Shown here in pieces: positions 13,281 through 25,760 of a stretch of DNA of 64,000 bases (its first letter is position 1; each line of letters begins with the position of its first letter). Source of the stretch: Lama glama (Eukaryota). Under the pieces are notes generated by a model, which ran no database searches, was not told the origin of the DNA, and was given only the letters and a program-made list of their open reading frames with translations. The stretch is from NCBI GenBank assembly GCA_028534125.1, contig CM052832.1:7874001-7938000 (forward strand), read 5' to 3'. Both the position numbers and the translations under genes were made by a program.

Positions 13281-13809
13281 AGGAGTCATGCTACATTTTA
13301 GCATTATTCTTTTCCTTCTTTCTTCCTGCAAATTACAATTTCATCTTCAATCCACAAAGGTAAATCTGCCCCAGGAGAGATTCTATTTCTTTTGTTTGGA
13401 TTTTCTTCTGCCGTGATCAGAGCTGCCCGCCACCGTGGGTACAGGTAAAGCTAGAAGGACACTTCTCAGTGGCTTTGGGGGTTGAAGAGAGCTTAGCTGT
13501 GTGGATCTCTGCCCGGCCCTGCGTGAGGGAACACAGGAGTCCAGACCACAGACTCGAGGCCTCAGGGCCAGACAGGACATGAGAAAAGGATGGGGTGGGA
13601 GGGCCGGGGACCTGGGAAGCACCAGGCATCCTTTACAAGGGAAACCACCTCTAGTCAGCTCCAAATAGTTGCTCCACACAGGAATGTGGACATAGGTTGT
13701 CATGGCTCCCACATACGTGGGAAACTGAAAACCTGCATCTTTATGTGAAATTTCCAGATTTTTTAAAAAAACATTTAAAGCCTCTGGTAGAGAGAGATCC
13801 TAAAATAAC

Positions 13810-13950
13810 TCATTAATTTAATAGTCACTCAAAACAGTCCTGTGAAATATGTACTGTGATTAACCTGACTTTATATCGAAGAAACTGAGGCACATAAAGG
13901 TTAACGCACTGGCCCAAGGTCACACGGTCAGAAGTGAGTGGGATGAGAGC
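13810..13950 (-). mobile_element. MIR SINE
   Basis: gaaactgaggcacataaaggttaacgcactggcccaaggtcacacgg. Confidence 0.8.
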
Positions 13951-14883
13951 CCTGCACAGGAGGGAGGGGTTAAGGGAGAAACTATAGGCCCTGTGTTGAA
14001 TAAAAAGAGACAGAGCCAATTTCTCTACTATAACAGTAAATTGGCCCCAAATTAAGCCAATACCCAGTTCTTACTGCTTCTGCAAGGAATTAATAAACCA
14101 TGACATCTCCTAAAATGGGGAAGGCCAGCTGCTCAGAGAATGTCAGAAAGCCCTTTATGGGGCCGGAGCTGCTCTGCTTTAGCAAGTGGAATGATTATGC
14201 CACAAACATGCGGAGAGGGGAAGACGGCGGGGGCTGCCGACGCCTGTGCCCGCTCCTGGCTCGGCTCAGAAGTGTGCCCACCGCTAGGAGACAAGGTTTC
14301 GCAGTAGCCAGATCCCGGGCGTTAATGGTTGTGGCCTCCCTGAGAACATTCTGGAATATTTTAGGTTTCTATTTTGCAAATCGNNNNNNNNNNNNNNNNN
14401 NNNNNNNNNNNNNNNNNNNNNNNNNNNNNNNNNNNNNNNNNNNNNNNNNNNNNNNNNNNNNNNNNNNNNNNNNNNNNNNNNNNNNNNNNNNNNNNNNNNN
14501 NNNNNNNNNNNNNNNNNNNNNNNNNNNNNNNNNNNNNNNNNNNNNNNNNNNNNNNNNNNNNNNNNNNNNNNNNNNNNNNNNNNNNNNNNNNNNNNNNNNN
14601 NNNNNNNNNNNNNNNNNNNNNNNNNNNNNNNNNNNNNNNNNNNNNNNNNNNNNNNNNNNNNNNNNNNNNNNNNNNNNNNNNNNNNNNNNNNNNNNNNNNN
14701 NNNNNNNNNNNNNNNNNNNNNNNNNNNNNNNNNNNNNNNNNNNNNNNNNNNNNNNNNNNNNNNNNNNNNNNNNNNNNNNNNNNNNNNNNNNNNNNNNNNN
14801 NNNNNNNNNNNNNNNNNNNNNNNNNNNNNNNNNNNNNNNNNNNNNNNNNNNNNNNNNNNNNNNNNNNNNNNNNNNNNNNNNNN

Positions 14884-15272
14884 CAAGCCAGAAAGAGAAA
14901 AAAAAATACCATATGATATCACTCATATGTGGAATATTAAAAAAAGACACAAATTAACTTATGAAACAGAAACAGACTTACAGACATAGAAAACAAACTT
15001 ATGGTTACTAGGGGAGAGAGGGGGTGGGGAGGGATAAATTGGGAGTTCAAGATTTGCAGATACTAACTACTACATATAAAATAAACAAACAAGTTTCTAC
15101 TGTAGAACACAAGGAACCATATTCAATATCTTATAGTAACTTACAATGAAAAGGAATATATGTATGTACACGTATGACTGAAACATTTTGTTATACACCA
15201 GAAATTGACCCAACATTGTGAACTTATTATACTTCAATTTTTAAAAAATAAAAAAAAAGAAAGAAAGAAAAT
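14884..15272 (+). mobile_element. LINE-1 3' end (5' part lost in a 500-N gap)
   Basis: aagccagaaagagaaaaaaaaataccatatgatatcactcatatgtggaat...A-rich tail. It carries the same diagnostic segments as the copies at 2.6 and 12.8 kb. Confidence 0.95.
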
Positions 15273-16264
15273 AAGTTCTACCGTTGTCAGTCCCCAAAAC
15301 TATACGACCAGGAAGAAGCCTCAGGGTGGGCTCCCACCAGCGGAGTGTACCATGGGAGTTTCAGGGAAGCAAGTCTAAGGATCTGCATTTGGGGAAATGA
15401 CCCAAACTTTGTGTATTGTAAATTCATATTAATCATCAGTTATGACTCAAGAATTCCTAAAGATAATGGCCACTATGTTCTTTGCCCCAAAAGGCAGATA
15501 TTATTTGAAGGCTTACCAGAAACTGGAGTGCCTCCTGCCCAAGCCCCCAGGGCAGCCGGCCAGGAACACTGAGCGCGCTTGGAGGGAGCTGGAGAGCGTG
15601 CAGAGGAGGGCGCCGGGCCTTCCTTCACCACAACCCATCCTCTCCACCCTTCCTCCTGCTCCAAGACCAGGGAACCGGTCACGGCTACAGCCACGACCCA
15701 TGCGTCCTCTGGTCTCTGGTTGGTCCAGTCTGAAGCGAGAGGCCCCAGCAGGAGCTCAGAGGACAGGAGAGAATGATGCTTCGCGCCTGTTCACTGTTTC
15801 CCTCCCTGCGCCGTCGCCCTGAGCTGGCCGTGTCCTCTGCCCCTCTTAGTGGCTCTCCTCCCCTCCCTTGGGCCTCAGAGTGGGAACAGCTGGGCTGGCA
15901 CGAGCCCAGGTCACAGCACCATCCCTATAGCTCCCCTACACCCACACCTTTGCACACAGGACCCACCACCACCACCAAATGTCCTGCTGTCAGCGTGCCA
16001 CTGGCCTCCCTTAGGAACGCAGGGAAGGGCCACTGATGTTGCAGGCGGACTAAAGAGATGGGCCTCCCAGACTCGGGACTGACGGGTGAGGAGACAGCGG
16101 GAGAGTCTGCCAGGGTAAAAAGGTCTGATCTTGGGGGTCGCAGCCTTGCTCCCCAGATCCTGGACTATGAGGTCAGGGGAAAGTCTCCCATCAGCAGAAC
16201 ATAAGTAAATGAGGAGGTATCATGCAGACGGCCCCCATCCCTGGGAGCTCCCCCTCCCCATGAC

Positions 16265-16502
16265 ATCTGCTCTGTAGAGAGCAGACAGAAGGGGGCAGTC
16301 AGGAGTCTGCTGCAATAACCCAGGGGAGAAATGGGCTTGGGCAAGAGTGACGGCGGCAGAAGTAATGAAACATAGTCAGATTCTGGATGTAATCTGAAGA
16401 CAGATCCAATGGGATTTGCACACAGGTTGGATGTGAGTATGAGAGAAAGAGAAGAGTCAGGAATGATCTGAGAAGGTTTGGGTCTGGCAACTGGGAAGAG
16501 GG
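16265..16502 (-). mobile_element. L2 fragment
   Basis: gtcagattctggatgtaatctgaag...ttggatgtgagtatgagagaaagagaagagtcaggaatga is typical antisense L2. Confidence 0.8.
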
Positions 16503-17010
16503 TGTCTTGGTTATGCAGTGCTACGTAACAAACTACCCCAAATCTTAGTGGCACGAAACAACCGTTTGTTTTGCGTTGATTTTGTGAGTCAGGAGTTAGG
16601 AAAAAGCTGGCTGGGTAGTTTGTCTCTGCTCCATGTGACATCAGCAGGGAGGCTGGGGTAGGCGATCCATCTACCTCCAAGATGGCTTCCTCAGTGCTCC
16701 TAAGCACCTCTCTTGTCTCACACTCACACACACACACACACACAGAGCTGGTGGTACCTGGGGAGTCCCACCTCTTACATGGAGGCTGCCTTCCAAGAGT
16801 CGTGACCTAGATGCTGCCAGGCTAGTTAAGGGCTATGCCCCAAACAGGCACAGTGTCACTCCCACCCTGTTCTGTTATTCAAGGCGGTCACAGGGCCTGC
16901 CTATTTCAAGGGGATGGAAAATTAACTCTATGTCCTGATGAGGATTAGCAAGGTTACACTGCAGAGGAGCGTGTGGGACGGTAGATATTACTGTGACCGT
17001 CTTTGGATAA
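16503..17010 (-). mobile_element. MLT1-type MaLR LTR with internal (CA)n
   Basis: tgctacgtaacaaactaccccaaatcttagtggc...cttccaag...tcacttccacc-like MLT1 motifs. Confidence 0.8.
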
Positions 17011-18399
17011 CATGATCCGGTGCAGGTGACGTTAGCATTTTCTAATTCAGGGAGGGCCGCACGGGGGAGGAGAGATCAGAGCTCAGTCTCAGGCGGGTTG
17101 AGTTCGAGGTGCCCACTGGTTATCCAGGCAGAGATGGAGCTACAACCCCAGACCTGCCTTTATCCACCCACCCACCAGCCCACCCCTCTGCCAGTTCTTT
17201 AGGGAACAACCAGGACCCTCATAGTTGGCCTTTCAGTGGCCGAGCCGTTTCAGAGAACTTTTTAGTTTTCCGCTGGGCAGGACAGGAGAGTGGAGATGAG
17301 AAGGACGACCAAGACAGCTCCTCCCAGGCAACGCTGGGCCCTTCGTAGTTATAACGAGCCCCTCTGCTGGCTCCATCCAAGGCTCCAGCACCAAGGTGCT
17401 GTNNNNNNNNNNNNNNNNNNNNNNNNNNNNNNNNNNNNNNNNNNNNNNNNNNNNNNNNNNNNNNNNNNNNNNNNNNNNNNNNNNNNNNNNNNNNNNNNNN
17501 NNNNNNNNNNNNNNNNNNNNNNNNNNNNNNNNNNNNNNNNNNNNNNNNNNNNNNNNNNNNNNNNNNNNNNNNNNAAAACACACAAGGCTTTGACTCAGGG
17601 CTTAAATGGAGGGTCACTTTAAAAGCTTTCTTTCTACCAAGTTCACAACAGCTTTCTGGGAGAGAAAAGAGATTTATTAGGAAAGATTGCCTTTGCAACC
17701 AGACTTCAAGCGGTAGAAGGATCATATGTGGGTGTCTGTTTGTACACACATCTACATGCCTAAAAGACCAAGGCCCTGGCTCAGGTAGATAAAAGACTTG
17801 GTCCCCTGAAAAGCCTTTCTCCATTTGCTGCGAATGCATGGCCTTCACCCCAGACACACAGATGTCCAGCCTACCCTTCATGAAGTCAGGGCTCAGACAG
17901 AGCCAAACTGTGAAGTCTGCCCCACCTCTCCTGTGGCTGCCCTCACAGGAACACTGCCCGCTCTGAGGGCTCATATTCCCAGTGTAGAGATGGCACCAGT
18001 CCCTTTACCCAGGGCGTAACTTTAGGCAAACTGCCCCATCTATTTGTTAGAAGCCAGGGTGGTGGTTACCTTGCGGACGGAGGGTGCGGTAGTGCCCAGG
18101 AGGGACACAAGGGGGCGTTCCCGCGGCACTGGAGATGTCCCGTGTCTTATTCTGGGGGGCGGTCATCAGATGTGTTCACTTTGTGCTAACCTATCGAGGT
18201 TTTCAATCAAATCTAGTGACTCTTTTCATTTTTTTTTTCAGACAAGTTGCCTGCTACTTGACATCTGGGCAGCACATGAATCTGTCAACTGATCTCTTCT
18301 CTCAGCTTCTGGGACAGAGCATCCTCCACGGAATGTGTGTACATCTCTATGTGCAAGTTATACTTCCATTAAAAGTTTCTTTTTTTCAATTACCTTTTC

Positions 18400-18545
18400 T
18401 ACCTGCACCTCAATTTCCTTATCTGTGAAGAAGGGATAGTAAAAAACACCTTCTGCCTCATGGGGGGTGTGGCAAGGATTAGAGATATTCACGGAAAGTG
18501 TCCCGCCCGGTACACCGTACAGTAGACACTCGGCACCTGCTGAAG
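18400..18545 (+). mobile_element. MIR SINE 3' half
   Basis: cctcaatttccttatctgtgaagaagggatagtaa...gcctcatggggg..gcaaggattagagat. Confidence 0.75.
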
Positions 18546-19127
18546 CTGCATGTGACAAAATGTGTTCAGGTGTTCACCTCCTGTGACAGGGCAGGATTGT
18601 CACAATAAACCATGGCGTCCACTGCCCTGTCTGCTCGCCTATTCTCAACCATTAACCCCTAAGTGTCTGCTGGTTGTCTAACATTGATATTATTGTCATG
18701 GGTTAGAGTTTCAAAATTAAAATTAGTAGGCCAGTTAGTAGGAATAAAGAAAAAATTAAGGGTTTGAATATATTGGTTATTTAAATTGTATGTAGAAACA
18801 GAAACCTTTGAAGACCCAATGGATGTTGCCAGTGCCGAGTCAGAAGCAGTGAGGATATGCTAGTGGAAAGAACTTCTTGTGCAAAGGCTTGGAGATATGG
18901 AGGCAAGGAAGGGCCTGGAACACACCCAGACAGTGGGAGAACATTAGTGAAAGCAGAAGTTGACCGGTAACCTTACCCTTCCTGGTACAGGGTTTGGATT
19001 TTACCCTGAAGGCAGTGGGAGAGACTCTGGGTTTTAAAATAAGTGTCAGGGTTGGAGCTGCATCTCAGAAAGAAAGCAGTGTGGTGGGTGAAGATGGAGG
19101 TGGGGTGGGATCAGGAGATACATCACT

Positions 19128-19300
19128 TTTTTTAAATGTGGTAACACAGTCATATAAAATTACAATCTTGCGCATTTTTAAGTGCACAGTTCAGTGGTAT
19201 AAGGTAGGTTCACATTGTTGTACAATCCATCTCCAGAACTTTTTCACCTTGCAAAACTGAACTGTACCCACTGAAAAACAACCCCCAACTCCTCCCTCAG
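19128..19300 (-). mobile_element. L1MB-like 3' end nested in an L2 remnant
   Basis: catttttaagtgcacagttcagtgg...cacattgttgtacaa.ccatctccagaactttttcaccttgcaaaactgaa. Confidence 0.85.
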
Positions 19301-19429
19301 ATCACTTTGATAGGACTTGTTGACTTGCTGGGTGTGGGGATAAAGAAGAGGGAGGAGAGAGGGGGGACTCCTGGGTTTGGGGGTTAGAAGGCTGGTTAGG
19401 CGGTGGTGTCATTAACCACTTCCACTTTT

Positions 19430-19863
19430 CTATTACTCATAAACCACCCCAAAACTTTGTGACTGAAAACAACAAAGACCTATTATTGCTCATGATTTAG
19501 AGGGTTAGCTGGTTGCTTCCTTTGCTGGCTTAGTCTGAGCGCACTCATTGGGCTGCATTCAGCTGGAGGGTCAGCTGGGCAGGCAGGTCCAAGCTGGCCT
19601 CACCTGTGAGCCTGGCAGTGGACACCGACCATCAGTTCGCTCCCACCTCTCTTCCTCCAACAGGCCAGACTGGCTTCCTTGCATGGTGGCTGAGGGCTTC
19701 TCTTAAAGCTGAGTCTTCAGAACTCTCTCAAAGCCCCTTCTATCAGTTTCTGCCCATCCAAGCAAGTCACAAGTCCAGCCCAGGTTTAGGGGGAAGGGAA
19801 ACAGATTCCACTTCTTGACAGGAGAAGCTGCAAAAACGGTGTGGCCATATTTAATCTGCCACA
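19430..19863 (-). mobile_element. MLT1-type MaLR LTR
   Basis: aaaccaccccaaaactt.gtgact...tattattgctcatgat...ggccatatttaatctgccaca (reverse complement begins TGTGGCAG). Confidence 0.85.
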
Positions 19864-20349
19864 TAAGAGAAGGACCATGTTTAGCAGAGAAAACAAGTTT
19901 GCGGTCGTAGAGATGGAAGAGAAAGTTAAAGTCAACTCAAAGGAAGAGGCTTCACAACCCAAAGGGAACCATAACACTTAAAGGAATTTAAGAGGTTGAT
20001 GGAAAAGATGGACCCGAAGAGATGAGCTAGGGTGGCCAGAGGAGTAGAAAGAAGCACGAGAAAACTCTGCCCCGGAAGCTGAGAGGAGAGAGTTGCTGAC
20101 AGAATCATATGCTGCCAAGGTATTAAGTTGCACACAATTTGCCTTTAAACAAAGAAAACAGAATGATTAGACCTGGTGATTGCAAAGACCCTAATGACAG
20201 TGTTGAGAGAACTTAGAAAGAGTGCGAAGAGCAGACACAAAAGTGCTCTGGGTGATGAGTCTGAAGGCGCTGAATTTTCCCCTGTATCCATACCCAGGAC
20301 ATATCACACCAGTAAGTGGAGACGTTATATAGAAACTTCCGGTAACAGA

Positions 20350-20668
20350 ATTATTCTTCCCCACCCCACCCCACCTCATGGACATCAGACCTGGGACCGG
20401 CTTAGGCAGTAGGATATAGACAGAGGCTTATGTGCCCCACCTGAGGCAGATGTGTGAAGAGCCACACGTAGAGCCCCCATTGCTCCCCTTTCGCCCTGAC
20501 CTTAAGGACAGCATGTCCCAGATGAGGCTGCTCCTTTAGCCTGGGCCCCGGAGTGAACAGCCAGTGTCACAGCCAGCCTGTAGGTGACATGGAAGGCTGT
20601 TACTGTAAACCACTGAGATGGTCGGGGTGTTTCCTAACATGGTATAACCCAGCAAAAGCTAACTGATA
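20350..20668 (+). mobile_element. MLT1-type LTR fragment
   Basis: 3' end motif tgtaaaccactgagat...ataacccagcaaaagctaactgata. Confidence 0.6.
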
Positions 20669-21426
20669 GCTACTCAGCAAATGTTCACTGAGCCTCATCA
20701 ACTTGAGACAAACTGATGAGAGCCCAGATTGGGGGGTGCTTAATTATGATGGAGATGATGATCCAAGAGGGACCCCAGAGAAGGGCACATTTGTGCTAGA
20801 CTTTGAAGTCTGGCCAGGATTTAAAGAGGAGGCACCCAGGGAAGTGGTGTGACAATGTCCCAATAATCAAGACCACATACTCGTGGGTTCTTTTTTTATG
20901 TTATGACTTCTGCATAAAAAACTTTCTAGTTCCTACAAATACTTGTTTTATAGCATACTTCGGTTCTTTCTTGGAAAATGCTTCCAAAACTTGTAACAGC
21001 AAACAGGGGCTGCATATTAATGGCTTGGCCCGGCCTTGTGCATGTGAAGGAGGTCCAAATAAAATTTGAGTTTCAGAGCAAATAAAGAAGGATCTGAAAA
21101 GAGCTCCAGATTGTCCCTGAAAAACGATTCTCCTTTTAAAAGACATCTGACCCCCAGGAGATGCTCCCCCACAGAAGCTGAGCCCCCTTCGGAATGCGGG
21201 CAATTAGGACCTTCGAGGGGCGGTTGGTTGACAGGGTTTCCTACCGCCAGCTAACAGCCTCCCTCCTCCCCCTCAGGGCCTGGATGGCTTCAGACTGTAG
21301 CCGGAAAAGGCAAGCTGTGAGCAGGTTGGGAATAAGCGCTCTGGAATTTCGAGCTGTACCAAACCGTTGGAACGGAGGGTGTGTTCCAAGGCCTTGGGTG
21401 AGCAGATTTGGTGGGGGTGACTATCA

Positions 21427-21429
<3 letters not shown>

Positions 21430-21458
<29 letters not shown>
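21430..21458. repeat. (TG)n microsatellite
   Basis: Uninterrupted TG run. Confidence 0.95.
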
Positions 21459-21460
<2 letters not shown>

Positions 21461-22211
21461 GTGTCCGTGCGCACAAGCACACACGTTCAATTTAGCAGAG
21501 GAAGTCAAGGCAAATAGTTTAATCACAACCATCCCCCGGGGCAATTTGAAATAATTTTCTCATTAGAGACTATAACGTGCGGCATGACTAATGTTCAATC
21601 AGACAGTAGCTTCCAGCCCCCTCGCTCACTGCCCTTACGCGGCTGCCTCTGATTAATGGGGGAGGGGTCTACCCTTCCCCTTCGGGGCTGGGATGGTGGC
21701 TAGAGTCCAGTGATGGGGAATAGAGCGGGGAGGGAAAGGAAGATCTTTTTTCAAATATAAACATGAGAAATAAAATAATGGGAGCCCTCAGGGCTTGAAG
21801 CGGACCTGATTAAAGCTGGAGGCAGCGTCGGCCTCTGGGGTACCAGGAAGCTGGGGCAGGGCTGCACACTCTACCCCACGGAGACAAAGCTTTTGCCCCC
21901 ACTATTCCTCTTCCTTCTCTGCACTCTAATGGGCCGTCTCCCTCCTCCTCTCTATGTCCCCTGCCTCTCTCAGTTTCCAGGTCCCTCTTCCTGTCTTTTT
22001 CCTATTCACAGCATCCTTCACTGTGTCTTCTCCTGGCTGCATGGTGCCCACTGTCTGTTTTCTGGCCCTTCTTTCTGCCTCTGTCTCTCCCAGTGGGACA
22101 TGTTTGTGGGGGTGGGGAACCTCTGGGCCCAGGGAGTCCAGCTTCTGTGCTCCCACTTCAAACCTGCAGCCCAGGATGTTCCCATGGAAAGGGGGCTGGG
22201 AACTTCCTGGA

Positions 22212-22370
22212 GCTTTGCTCCTCCAGGTGTGGTCCGAGGGGCTGCAGCATCACATCACCTGTTGCTGGTCAGAAATGCAGGCTCTGGAGCCCATCCTCGG
22301 GTCTACTGAATCAGAACCCTCATTTTGTAAGGATTCCCAGGGGATTCAAGTGCACGGTGAAACTGGGACA
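22212..22370 (+). mobile_element. MER5A-like
   Basis: gtgtggtccgagggg.ctgcagcat...tcagaaatgcag...ctactgaatcagaacc..cattttg. Confidence 0.75.
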
Positions 22371-25300
22371 AGCCAGGCTCATGACCTCATTTCAGAGGAG
22401 GTGCCTTAGGCCCAGGGTGACACAGCTCACCTGAGTTAAAGATTGTCACAGCCTCAAACCCAGGACCCCCGATTTACTGCAGTCCACGCCTCCCCCTCAG
22501 TGATAAGAAGCTCCATTATTTCAAGGTGCCTCTCTTTTAAAGAGAAGCAATTTTTAAGTGTCTCCAGAAATCACTTTAGAGAAGGTTTATCCCCTAATAC
22601 AAAAGGATTCCTCTCTTTGCAGGGGCACCTTGGACATCTGAAGTTGCAAAGGATCTCTGAAATATTTGCACTTGGCAAACATCCCTATTCTGAGTGCATT
22701 AAGTCACGGGCATTCAGAAAACCTAAAAACACGCACACATTTCAGATGCAGGTACAGCGTACAGGGAATGCACCCGTTCTCAGGCCAGATGGAAACCCAC
22801 AGAAACTTCAGAGCTTGGTTCTTGCCCCCAAGAAAAATTCGTTCCCAAGGCCTATCACCTGCCCCAAGCCAGGGCGGAGGACTTCCCTGTGCCACACACA
22901 TTTGTACACAAAATTATGCCCACTTGTGTGCACGTGCACACGTGCCCACACATACACCTGGGTTAAATAAATCAGATAATTGAGCCAGAATAGAGCTGCT
23001 GGACCAGGGGCACAGGGGCAAGATTCTCGTGGAGCCAGAACTTTTCAAAACTCTCTTGGAAGTTGCTTTGGGGCAAATTGCCCTCTTCCCTGCCCCAGTT
23101 TTCCCAGTGTAAAAAGGCAACAGGAGGGAGTCACCCACAGTTGTGTCCTCTCTTCTCCCTGTCAGAGTCTGAGGCTTACTGAAGCAAGAGACAGTGAGAT
23201 GGGAGCAGAGGCAGAGCAGGGAGACCCCCACTCGGCATGTCCCCTCTTCCCTCCTGGGCCCAAATCCTGACAGGTGACAGAATCTCAATGTGCACCAAAC
23301 CACAGCTGCCCAGGCCAGCACGGGGCCGGGTGCATCACGGGGGGAGCATTCTTCCAACGTTTAACCTAAATCCTACGAGTTCAGAGTGAAGGAGCTGAGC
23401 TGTGGGGTCAGGCAGAGCTGCTGGAGCCCCTCCCGGTTGTGTTCCTCAGCCTCCCCTGGCCTCACAGGAGCATCAAGAGGCAGGTGAGGGCCTTAGCACG
23501 TGCATGTGGCATGGACCCCAGGAGATGCTCCCCAGAGGTTGTTTGCAAAGCATAAATATTCCAGAGCCCCTCTGCAACTCCAGACCCCCAAGGTGCCAGG
23601 TAAACGCTGGGGTCTGCTAAGTGATGATTTTTGTTAAATAGTGCGTGAGGCCTCAAAGGTCCGCCAGACCTCCCCTGCTCCCAACTGGGTCACAGCAGGA
23701 CCCCAAGCCTCACCTCGTGAGAGTCAGGGGCCCAGGAGGACAGCCAGTACCATCAGCGCCACCCCAGCCCCCAAAGATTGGAGTGGGAGGTGGGGCATCA
23801 CCACCAACGAAACCACTCCCCCGACACTGGCCCCCACCGAAGCTGCTGGACAAGCCGCCACACACACAAGCCCGGATGTGGAGGTTGTAGGGCGCACCCA
23901 CAAGGTGAGTGAGGTTTGCTCTGGTGCAGCCTCCCACCTCGGCCCCCTTCACCACGCCAGCGTCTTTGGGGCAGACACCACCCACTGCCAACACCTCACG
24001 CACACTATTTAAGCAGCTGTCCTCCCCACAACATCCCCAACCAGAACCTCCATGCCCCCCGTTGCCCAGACACCCCCCTGCCCCTTCACGGGGAGCTCAG
24101 TAGTCCTCAAAAAGCATCAGTGACTCGACTAGCATAGCCGCCAGCTTAGTGGCAGCCTGGCCTTTTACCTGCCTCACTCGAGATTATCAACCCAAAGTCA
24201 CAACTTAAAAAAGGAGTTCAACCCTAAATTGAGAATTGAGAGGAGGTGCAGTGGGAGGCCAGCGGGAGACAGGAGCAGGGCAGGCAGGGTCCAACAGGGA
24301 CATCAAGTCTGCCACTGGTGGTTGCTATTCAGGCTCTGAACAGGGCAGGGAACCAGCCCTTGAGGATAAGGGGGCCCCAGCCTCAGCTCTGCCCCCTCTG
24401 GCAGCATGACTTGGGGCAAATATCTCCCCAGCGTGAGCCCTGGGCTCCTTTCCTTCCCCGGGGAGGGACTGGCAGGCTGTCCCCCTGCCAGCCCCACGCT
24501 CCTCGGACCCTGAATCACCTGTGTTGCAAGCCTGCCTCCATGGTAAACTCCCCACAGGAGCTCCGCCATGGCCTCCAGGGCCCCAGCATCCCTCCTCCTT
24601 CCAAGGTCCCACGCACTCAGTGCCTTCAGCATCTCCCCTCACAGAACCGCTCCCAGGAAATGATGCAGGTGAGCACGGCTGTCACCTGGATGCAGGTGGC
24701 TTGGCTCAACCACCGTCTCTCCCAGGGGTCCAGTCTCTGATTTTAAAGACTAGATGAATGGAGGGTGCGACTGGAGTGGGGCATGGGGAGAGTTGGAGAG
24801 AGTTACTGTAACTGGCATCTTGACTTCTCTCCCCCTCCTTCAGGCAACAAGCTAGATTCCTGCATCTCTGCATCCCCTTACAGCTTCTAGGGTCATTCCA
24901 GGCACATGATAGGAAAGCAAAAGACATTTGCTGGCTGGCTGGCTGGATAGATGGATGGGTAGGTGGATGGTGGGTGGTGGTTCATGGCTGGGAGGCTGCA
25001 GTAGGCGGGGGACCAAGAAGCACTGGCTGCCAAGCCCAGTGAGTGGCCAGCCCTGCTGCGGACAAGGGCTGGCAGTTGGGCCCCGTTAAAAGCTTTCAGC
25101 AGCATTCTGTTCAGAAACCAGTATGGAATATGTGCCATTAAAGCTATCAAACCTTTTTTTAAAAGGCCTCTTTGCACAGTAAGGGGCACCTTGCTGTCCA
25201 AGGCCCCAGCCATCTTCCCAAATCAACCTCTGTAGCCATGACGGTGAGACATAAGAAGACATAACTCGGACAGGGGATGGGGGCCGGGGTCCTGCACCCA

Positions 25301-25599
25301 CAGCCTCCCTGGGCCCACCTATGAGAGAGGCCTGAGTGAGACAGAGTCATGGCATCTGGCCGGCCCTGGGTCCCCACCCTGAGCCTCAGCGTTCTGAGCT
25401 AGCTGGTCTCTCGGGGCCCCCTAGCTCTGACAGTGGGTGTGCTGTGGCTGCTTCTGGTCTCTGGTGCTTACAGTGATGGTGGTCAAAGTGGCCACCAGAC
25501 TGGAGGTCAATGACGGCTCACACACCACAACTGTACCCCCTCAACTGCCCCCTCCCCCCTTAAAAAGCCCGGACACTTGCGATGCTAGCTAAGTGAAAG

Positions 25600-25760
25600 C
25601 ACTGCGGCTCGGGTGTGGTCCAGACCAGCAGCATGGACGCCACCTGGTGCTCATGAGAAATGCGGAATCTCAGGCCCCCACCCCACACTGACTGGATCAG
25701 ACCCCCCATTTTAACACAATCCTCACAGCGTGCGCACACACAGAAGTAGGGTCTAAGGCG
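25600..25760 (+). mobile_element. MER5A-like
   Basis: gtgtggtccagaccagcagcat...agaaatgcggaatctcaggccccacccca. Confidence 0.8.

Noticed and set aside
14100-14957. Long ORFs containing X runs (also at the other gaps)
   Set aside because: Artefacts of translating through N-gaps.
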